Origin: Deferribacterales bacterium
Lineage (GTDB): Bacteria; Chrysiogenota; Deferribacteres; Deferribacterales; Geovibrionaceae
Direction: 5' to 3'
NCBI GenBank assembly: GCA_050251875.1
Contig: JBFWMA010000004.1
Location: 230,071-294,070 of the forward strand
Length of the DNA: 64,000 nucleotides
A program made the translations under genes and the position numbers. The notes beneath the pieces are model-generated. The model was not told where the DNA came from and made no database searches. It saw only the letters and a program-made list of their open reading frames with translations. Positions within the stretch are counted from its first letter, which is position 1. Every line of letters begins with the position of its first letter. Of the stretch, positions 56,758 through 64,000 are shown piece after piece.

Positions 56758-59106
56758 ATGCCTAAAAATCTAGTTATTGTGGAATCACCTGCGAAAGCAA
56801 GGACAATCGAAAAATATCTCGGCAAGGATTTCAGGGTTCTTGCCAGCGTGGGACACGTCAAAGACCTCCCCGCAAATAATCTCGGCGTGGATATCGAGAA
56901 CGACTTCGAGCCGAAATACTCTGTTATCAGAGGAAAAAAGAAAGTCATAGACGATCTGAAAAAAGAAGCCAACATCGCAGAGACTATCTATCTGGCGCCC
57001 GACCCCGACCGCGAGGGAGAGGCCATCGCATGGCACATAGCCGAAGAGCTGGGCAAGAAGAACGCCCAGAAGATCCATCGTGTACTTTTCAATGAGATCA
57101 CCAAAAAAGGTATAGAGGACGGGATAAAACACACAGGACCCATCAACGAAAACCGTGTGAACGCCCAGCAGGCCAGACGTGTTCTGGACAGGCTGGTGGG
57201 ATATCTTGTCAGCCCGCTTCTTTGGAAGCCTCTGAAATACGGTCTGTCCGCCGGACGTGTGCAGTCTGTTGCCCTGCGTCTGCTGGTGGAGCGTGAGGAA
57301 GAGATCGAAAAATTCAAGCCGGAAGAATACTGGCTGATCGATGTCACCTTCGACAAAGGGGACAAAGGCAAGCTGAAAGCCCGTCTGGAAAAGAAAGACG
57401 GAAAAAAATACAAAGTAGAGAACGAAACAGAGGCGAAGCAGGTCATCTCCGATCTGAAAGCCGGACAATATATAGTATCTGAGGTAATCAAAAAAGACGT
57501 CACAGAAAGGGCGCCTTTTCCTTTTATAACATCAAAACTTCAGCAGGAGGCCGCCAGAAAGCTGGGCTTCTCCGCTAAAAAAACCATGATGACAGCCCAG
57601 AAGCTGTACGAGGGCGTGGATCTGGGAAAAGAGGGTCCCGTGGGTCTCATCACCTACATGCGTACCGACTCTGTCCGTGTTTCACCCGATGCACAGAAAG
57701 AGGCTCTGGATTATATCAAAAAAGAATTCGGCGAGCCCTTCGCCGCTAAACAGGCGAAAACTCAGGCGAAAAATAAAAATGTTCAGGACGCTCACGAGGC
57801 TATCCGCCCCACATCTGTTCTGCGCACCCCCGACAGCGTTAAAGGCAGGCTGGACAACGACCAGTACAGACTCTATAAGCTGATCTGGGACAGGTTTGTC
57901 GCCAGCAACATGACAGACGCCATATACGATCAGAACACCATCAACATAGACAACGGCGCCTATGGGCTGAAATCCCAGGGCAAAGTCCTGAAATTCCCCG
58001 GTTTCAGAACCCTCTACATCGAGGGAACAGACGAGGCTGTGGAGAAGGACACCGAGATCATCTTCGAGACTGCCGAAGGCGAAAACCTGAAAGCGGGCAA
58101 GCACGACAGCAAGCAGATGTTCACACAGCCCCCCGCCAGATATTCCGAAGCCACACTGGTGAAAACTCTGGAGCAGGAGGGCATCGGACGTCCCAGTACA
58201 TACGCCTCCATCATATCTACCCTCATCGACCGTGAATACGCCGAGATGACGGAAAAACGCTTTAAACCCACAGAGCTGGGCAGGATCGTATGGAGCCTGC
58301 TGCTGGCTAATTTCGATAAATTCTTCGCTATCAAGTTCACCGCCGGAATGGAAGAGGAACTGGACGGTGTGGAAGACGGAAAATACACATGGAAGACCGT
58401 TCTGAAAGAGTTTTACGATCAGTTCAGCCCCGAGCTGAAAAAGGCGGAGAAACAGTTCACCGTTGATCTGAAACTCGATCTGAAATGCCCCATCTGCGGA
58501 AAGGAACTGACTATAAAACACGGGCGCAACGGCTCTTTCGCCGCATGCACATCATATCCTGACTGCAAATTCACATCCAACTATGAGCGTCTGGAAGACG
58601 GAACTTTTCAGCTCACTGAGAAGGCCGGAGACGAGCCGTCAGGCATAGAGTGCGAAAAATGCGGACGGGAGATGGTTTTCAAATCAACCCGTTTCGGAAA
58701 CGTGCTGGCATGCCCCGGATATCCCGAATGTAAAAATATAAAAAACTATACAAAACTGGCTGACGGCACTGTAAAACTGCTGTCCACCGGAGCTGATGTA
58801 GCCGTGGACTGTCCGAAATGCGGTAAAAAACTGACCGTGAAAGCGGGCAAGAACGGCATGTTCATCGGATGCACAGGCTATCCGGACTGCGACTTTACCG
58901 CTAATATGAAAGTGGACGAGAAGGGCGACATCCATCCCCATGTGGACAAGGTGGACGAGAATGTTAAATGCGAAAAATGCGGTAAAAAAATGGCTCTGCG
59001 CAAAGGCAGAAGAGGCAGATTCTTCGCATGCACAGGCTATCCCGAATGTAAAAATATTAAATCAGTGAAAGTTCTGGAAGACGGCACTATTACTGTAAAA
59101 GATTAA
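56758..59106 (+). CDS. topA: DNA topoisomerase I
   Basis: VESPAKA, DPDREGE, SAGRVQS, ITYMRTD, four C4 zinc ribbons. Confidence 0.98.
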   Translation: MPKNLVIVESPAKARTIEKYLGKDFRVLASVGHVKDLPANNLGVDIENDFEPKYSVIRGKKKVIDDLKKEANIAETIYLAPDPDREGEAIAWHIAEELGKKNAQKIHRVLFNEITKKGIEDGIKHTGPINENRVNAQQARRVLDRLVGYLVSPLLWKPLKYGLSAGRVQSVALRLLVEREEEIEKFKPEEYWLIDVTFDKGDKGKLKARLEKKDGKKYKVENETEAKQVISDLKAGQYIVSEVIKKDVTERAPFPFITSKLQQEAARKLGFSAKKTMMTAQKLYEGVDLGKEGPVGLITYMRTDSVRVSPDAQKEALDYIKKEFGEPFAAKQAKTQAKNKNVQDAHEAIRPTSVLRTPDSVKGRLDNDQYRLYKLIWDRFVASNMTDAIYDQNTINIDNGAYGLKSQGKVLKFPGFRTLYIEGTDEAVEKDTEIIFETAEGENLKAGKHDSKQMFTQPPARYSEATLVKTLEQEGIGRPSTYASIISTLIDREYAEMTEKRFKPTELGRIVWSLLLANFDKFFAIKFTAGMEEELDGVEDGKYTWKTVLKEFYDQFSPELKKAEKQFTVDLKLDLKCPICGKELTIKHGRNGSFAACTSYPDCKFTSNYERLEDGTFQLTEKAGDEPSGIECEKCGREMVFKSTRFGNVLACPGYPECKNIKNYTKLADGTVKLLSTGADVAVDCPKCGKKLTVKAGKNGMFIGCTGYPDCDFTANMKVDEKGDIHPHVDKVDENVKCEKCGKKMALRKGRRGRFFACTGYPECKNIKSVKVLEDGTITVKD

Positions 59107-60404
59107 TGAATAAAGAAGTTACTATCATAGGCGGCGGGCTTGCCGGATGCGAGTCCGCCTTTTTTCTTGCCGAGAGGGGATACAGGGTCAGGCTCTATGA
59201 GATGCGCCCTGTGAAAAATACTCCGGCTCACGAATCGCCCTTTCTGGGCGAGCTGGTCTGCTCCAACTCTCTGAAAAGCACGGCGGAGGACACCTCCAGC
59301 GGGCTTCTGAAACAGGAGATGAAGCTCATCGGATCTATTATTCTCTCCACAGCGGAAGAGAACTCTGTTCCCGCCGGAAACGCTCTGGCAGTGGACAGAG
59401 AGGCGTTTGCCAGAGCTGTGGACGCGAAGATCAGAAACCACCCGAATATCGAAGTTATAAACGAAGAGGTCACGGATATTCCGTCCGACCGTCCGTGTAT
59501 CATCGCCAGCGGACCTCTGACGTCCGATGCTCTGGCGGAGAAGATAAAGGAACGCTCCGGCGGAGGGCTTTATTTCTTTGACGCTATAGCCCCTGTCATA
59601 TCTTTCGATTCTGTGGATATGGAAAAAGCCTTTTTCAAAAGCAGATGGGAGAAGGGCGATGACGATTATCTGAATCTGGGGATGAATCAAGAGGAATACG
59701 AGCTTTTCTACAACGAACTGATGGCTTCTGACAAGGTGGAGTTCGAAGACTTTGAAAAGCTGAACGTATACGAAGGCTGTATGCCCATCGAAGAGATGGC
59801 GGCGAGAGGCATGAAGACGCTGACATACGGACCTTTTCGTCCCGTGGGGCTGAGGCACCCTGTCACCATGCAGAAATATGCGGCAGTGGTTCAGATGAGA
59901 AAAGAGGACAAAGACGGCACCGCCTACAATCTGGTGGGATGCCAGACCAAGATGAAGATAGGCGAGCAGAAGAGGGTTTTCAGGCTGATTCCCGGTCTGG
60001 AAAACGCCGAATTTCTGCGTTACGGTTCCATCCACAGAAACACATACATTCACGCTCCCGGTTTTCTTAAGCGCACCTTTCAGGTTATCGGGGATGAACA
60101 GCTCTATTTCGCCGGGCAGGTTACCGGTGTCGAGGGATATGTGGAATCCACGGCTTCCGGGCTTCTGGCGGCTTATTCCATTGTTAACCCGGGGTTCGAG
60201 GGTTTTGCCGAGGTCACCGCTCTCGGGGCTCTGGCTAGACACGTTTCCGGAGAGGTTGCGGAGAATAAGAAAGAGTATGTGCCTTCCAACTTTCACTTCG
60301 GCATGCTTCCTCCGTTCGAGGAGCGCATCCGTGACAAAAAACTGAAAAAAGCCAGATACGCTGAACGGGCTCTCAGCTCGCTCCGTGGTTCTCTCGGAAT
60401 TTAA
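59106..60404 (+). CDS. trmFO: Folate-dependent tRNA U54 methyltransferase
   Basis: GGGLAG, ELVCSNS, FFDAIAP, HRNTYI, AGQVTGVEGY. Confidence 0.96.
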   Translation: MNKEVTIIGGGLAGCESAFFLAERGYRVRLYEMRPVKNTPAHESPFLGELVCSNSLKSTAEDTSSGLLKQEMKLIGSIILSTAEENSVPAGNALAVDREAFARAVDAKIRNHPNIEVINEEVTDIPSDRPCIIASGPLTSDALAEKIKERSGGGLYFFDAIAPVISFDSVDMEKAFFKSRWEKGDDDYLNLGMNQEEYELFYNELMASDKVEFEDFEKLNVYEGCMPIEEMAARGMKTLTYGPFRPVGLRHPVTMQKYAAVVQMRKEDKDGTAYNLVGCQTKMKIGEQKRVFRLIPGLENAEFLRYGSIHRNTYIHAPGFLKRTFQVIGDEQLYFAGQVTGVEGYVESTASGLLAAYSIVNPGFEGFAEVTALGALARHVSGEVAENKKEYVPSNFHFGMLPPFEERIRDKKLKKARYAERALSSLRGSLGI

Positions 60405-60475
60405 AAGTTTATTAAATAATTAATCTTTTTTAGTAGTAAAATTGTCGGATTTATAGTATTCTCCGTTAACGTACG

Positions 60476-62269
60476 GTGATTATTATGATTTGTTTTCGTC
60501 ATGTTACCCTTATTATTTTACTGATACTGCTCAGCTTTAATTCTTTTGCCTATGTTCTTCTGACAGACGGGGGAAAAGTCAGCGACAACAACATCCTGCG
60601 ATATACAGGGTCGAAATCCGCTGAAAATCCTATGGAGCTGGAGCGTGAAAAATTTGTCCCGGTGCCGGATAAGATATCTCTGGGATATCTGAGAAAGCCC
60701 CAGTGGTTTCTTCTTCAGGTGGAGAATGCCAGCGATTCGCCCATGCAGAGGCTTGTGGTTCTGCATGACGGATTCATGTATGACAGTGTGGTCTTTTATC
60801 AGGTTTTGAACGGAAAAATAGTAAAGATAACCAATGACGGCATAAACGTTCCCGCCTCGAAGAAAGAAGTATTCTACTCCGGAGCGGTGTCCAGAATCAC
60901 CATTCCGCCCAGATCCGGGATGGAGATATTCATACAGGTCAGCACTCTGTCGTCCTCTCTGGTATCTGTTTTAGTAAAAGATTACACAGAATTTTATAAA
61001 GACAACGAATATCAGACCCTCTTTCTGGGGTCTATCAGCGCCGCTCTGCTCGCCATCGCCCTATATAATCTGTTCCTGTTCTTCAGTCTCCGGCTGAAGG
61101 AATATATCTATTATTTTCTTTATGTGGTGAGCGCCGTGGTGTTTTTTCAGGCGCAGACCGGGTTCATGGTGGAGTTTTACGGGCTTTACGGAGACGCCAG
61201 ATCGTGGATGTTCATCAGCGTCTATCTGATGGGGATTTTTCTGATGCTGTTCTCTCAGCAGGTTCTGGAGACCAGAGACAAACTGCCGTTTTTTCACAGG
61301 CTGACGAACGTTATCATCGTTCTGAATCTGCTGGGGATTGGCGCCGCTCTGGTCGTGGGGATGAAGGAGACTCTCTTCATCCAGACGCCTTTCACTCAGC
61401 TCTCCTGTATATGTCTGGCGGCGCTCAGCGTTGCCGCTCTGTATAAAAGGGTGAACTCGGCGTGGTACTATTTTTTCGCCGACGGCGTAAGCATCATCGG
61501 CATATTTATCTCGTCATTATTCCTTCTGGGATATCTGGATTATAACTTTTTCACCAGAAACGCCTATTTCATGGCTTCGGTGGCGGAGGCTATTCTGCTC
61601 TCCTGGCTGTTGTCATACAGGATAAACAGTCTGCGCACGCAGAAGATAGACGCTCAGGAAAGCCTGATCGCATTGCAGAAGAGCGTAAACCAGAAGCTGG
61701 AAGAAGCTGTTATCATCAGAACAGAGGAACTGCGCAGAAAGAACGAGGAACTGCACAATCTTTCTATTATAGACGAGCTGACCGGGCTTTATAACAGGCG
61801 TTTTCTCATGGCGACCTTCTCTGATAAGATGAACAAAAAGAGGGACGATGACAAACTGCTTACCTTTATGATGCTGGATATAGATTATTTCAAAAATTAT
61901 AACGATAAATACGGGCATCATGCAGGGGACGATGTGCTGAAACGGGTCAGCGGCGTCATCACGCACAGCTATAAAAGGAGCAGCGACTATGTTTTCCGCA
62001 TAGGCGGAGAGGAATTCGTGGCTCTGTATCTGGTGGACTCTGTGGAGGATGCTGTCAGCTTTGCCGAGACTGTCCGGCAGAATCTCGAACAGGAGCGGAT
62101 AGAGCACTGCATGGGGCTGACATGCGGGATAGTCACCTGCTCCATCGGTCTTTTCGCCGCCCGGGCGGGCTCACTAGATTTTGAAACGATATACAGAAAA
62201 GCTGACGAACAGCTCTATCTGGCGAAAGAATCCGGGAGAAACAGGGTTTGCGCCGACTGTGTCAGCTGA
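60476..62269 (+). CDS. 7TM-DISM sensor diguanylate cyclase
   Basis: Signal peptide, periplasmic domain, about 7 TMs, DELTGLYNRR, RSSD I-site, GGEEF. Confidence 0.92.
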   Translation: MIIMICFRHVTLIILLILLSFNSFAYVLLTDGGKVSDNNILRYTGSKSAENPMELEREKFVPVPDKISLGYLRKPQWFLLQVENASDSPMQRLVVLHDGFMYDSVVFYQVLNGKIVKITNDGINVPASKKEVFYSGAVSRITIPPRSGMEIFIQVSTLSSSLVSVLVKDYTEFYKDNEYQTLFLGSISAALLAIALYNLFLFFSLRLKEYIYYFLYVVSAVVFFQAQTGFMVEFYGLYGDARSWMFISVYLMGIFLMLFSQQVLETRDKLPFFHRLTNVIIVLNLLGIGAALVVGMKETLFIQTPFTQLSCICLAALSVAALYKRVNSAWYYFFADGVSIIGIFISSLFLLGYLDYNFFTRNAYFMASVAEAILLSWLLSYRINSLRTQKIDAQESLIALQKSVNQKLEEAVIIRTEELRRKNEELHNLSIIDELTGLYNRRFLMATFSDKMNKKRDDDKLLTFMMLDIDYFKNYNDKYGHHAGDDVLKRVSGVITHSYKRSSDYVFRIGGEEFVALYLVDSVEDAVSFAETVRQNLEQERIEHCMGLTCGIVTCSIGLFAARAGSLDFETIYRKADEQLYLAKESGRNRVCADCVS

Positions 62270-62807
62270 GAATTGATATAATTTCTTCGGCGAAATCCCA
62301 GCACTGTTTTTTGTTCAGAAGTGTTCTGGGAGTTCTCCTCTGGGTTTTGTCCGTTTCGCTCAGGCGGATGGAGTCATAAAACTTTTCCAGACCCGCTTTG
62401 TCGGCTTCCGACAGTTTTTCAAAGATCATTTCGCCGCCGAGTATTTTTCCGATGACGCATCTGCCGCCCAGTATGGCGCCGTATTTTTCAAGCATCACCG
62501 CTCCGCCGTATGCCCTGCCGCCTTTGAAAAAGGTCTCCGTGCGCATGGCAACGCCGAATATGCCCGTGGTCTTGTCCTTCAGCTCCGTCTGGTTCTCTTT
62601 TATCAGGTTTTCCGCCGCCGGCAGAAATTTATGTCCGTATATGCCTGAGCCGAAAAGAATAATGTCATAGGACGACATGTCGATGTTTTCGTTGGCGGGG
62701 GCTGTTTCCGCCGTGATTCCGCCCAGGATAAGCCGCTCGCAGATCCATTCGGATACCGTTCTGGCAGAGCCGTATCTGGTGGCGTAAACTATCAGGGCTT
62801 TTTTCAT
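62262..62807 (-). CDS. Flavodoxin-like protein (HemG/Flavodoxin_5 type)
   Basis: YATRYGSA FMN loop, FGSGIY. Confidence 0.82.
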   Translation of the reverse strand: MKKALIVYATRYGSARTVSEWICERLILGGITAETAPANENIDMSSYDIILFGSGIYGHKFLPAAENLIKENQTELKDKTTGIFGVAMRTETFFKGGRAYGGAVMLEKYGAILGGRCVIGKILGGEMIFEKLSEADKAGLEKFYDSIRLSETDKTQRRTPRTLLNKKQCWDFAEEIISILS

Positions 62808-64000
62808 CTTTCCACTCTGTTGCGCCCGTTCTGCTTAGCCGCATAGAGGGCGTCATCCGCTCTTTTTATCATGGCGTCTGTTCCGTCATTGTCTATCTGA
62901 GCCACGCCGAAACTGCATGTCAGGGTCTCCACAGCGGGGAACTCATAGAGGGCAACTTTCTGGCGCAGTTTTTCCGCCAGTGTATAGGAGCCGTCTTCGT
63001 CAGAGCCGCAGCAGACCACCAGAAACTCTTCGCCGCCCCAGCGTCCGAATATGTCGGTCTCTCTCAGGGACGATTTAACCAGCTTCGCCAGAGCCCTCAG
63101 CACATCGTCACCCACCAGGTGTCCGTATGTGTCGTTGACTTTTTTGAAAAAGTCTATGTCGAACAGTATTATGGAGAAAACCTCATCCAGCCTTTTGAAC
63201 CTGAGAAACTCATCATAAAGGGCGCTGTCCAGACGGATTCGGTTGTATATTCCGGTGAGCTTGTCCGTGACGGAGAGCTCTTCTATGCGTTTTTTATCCG
63301 TGATATCCTGATCGATATACATGAATCCTGCGATATCATCGCCTTTTATCACAGGCGATATTCTGGTGTCTGTCCAGAAGACTTCGCCGTCTCTCGTGAG
63401 CTTTTTCAGCTCTCCGGACCATGTTTTCGCCGTGGCTATGGTGCGCACCAGTTCTTTGTACTGTTCCGCTGAAACATCCGGGTGGTGCATTATCTCGTGG
63501 CGTTTGCCCAGCAGCTCGCTCACAGTATATCCGCAGAGTTTGCTGAAAGCCTCGCTGGCGGATGTGATATAGCCTTTTTCGTCTGTGTTGCTGATGGCAA
63601 CGTTTTTATCCACGATGTCGATATATTCCTGAAGTTTTTTCTCTGTCTCCACTCTGGATGTGATGTCGTAGAATGCCGCCACCGCCATGTCTTTCATGGA
63701 GGAGAAATGGAAAAGGATATCCCGCTGTGTGCCGTCTTTGCACACGGCTACAGTCTGTATCGGCTCCGGGGTGAATCCTTTGCCGGACTGCCTCACATAT
63801 GTTTTCCATTTTTTATAGATGATCTGACGGGAGGCAGCGTCCGGATAGATCAGTCTCCACCATGACCTTGTAATGCTGATCTCTTCCAGAGTATATCCGA
63901 ATGTCTCTGTGAACATGTTGTTTATGTTTATCATCCTTCCCCGTTTGTCCATCAGACAGAGCGGGATGGGGGAGACCTCTATAACTGATTTTAGCGTTTT
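62804..64000 (-). CDS. Multi-PAS diguanylate cyclase (5' end outside the window)
   Basis: Two PAS domains, DKLTGIYNR, RETD, GGEEF. The frame stays open to the window edge. Confidence 0.92.
   Translation of the reverse strand, partial: KTLKSVIEVSPIPLCLMDKRGRMININNMFTETFGYTLEEISITRSWWRLIYPDAASRQIIYKKWKTYVRQSGKGFTPEPIQTVAVCKDGTQRDILFHFSSMKDMAVAAFYDITSRVETEKKLQEYIDIVDKNVAISNTDEKGYITSASEAFSKLCGYTVSELLGKRHEIMHHPDVSAEQYKELVRTIATAKTWSGELKKLTRDGEVFWTDTRISPVIKGDDIAGFMYIDQDITDKKRIEELSVTDKLTGIYNRIRLDSALYDEFLRFKRLDEVFSIILFDIDFFKKVNDTYGHLVGDDVLRALAKLVKSSLRETDIFGRWGGEEFLVVCCGSDEDGSYTLAEKLRQKVALYEFPAVETLTCSFGVAQIDNDGTDAMIKRADDALYAAKQNGRNRVER

Overview
Mostly core chromosome of an anaerobic Gram-negative bacterium. 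The gene content (split atp operon, multiheme cytochrome, selAB, YedF, Hyp genes, trmFO, many signalling proteins) suggests Deferribacterota or a deltaproteobacterium-like lineage; this is inference only. Housekeeping genes: argJ/argC, hemL, atpZIBE, hypCD, hflX, two tRNA-Ser, rsmE, cstA with a BtsSR-like two-component system, sdhCDAB, terC, glnD, mtaB, purC, PBP1A, uvrB, selB/selA, dprA-smg-topA-trmFO and two diguanylate cyclases. No transposase, integrase, prophage or CRISPR was seen. Main observations: (1) a compact operon of a [NiFe]-hydrogenase large subunit with no C-terminal extension, a Tat-exported small subunit and a heme-c chemoreceptor, a candidate periplasmic H2-sensing chemotaxis system; (2) a dispersed ~130-nt multi-hairpin repeat family with covarying stems and conserved loops; (3) one copy of it sits between two versions of the argC 3' end that differ only at synonymous sites; (4) hflX appears to start at a non-canonical ATT; (5) a histidine kinase-like protein with degenerate ATP-binding boxes overlaps the end of glnD.
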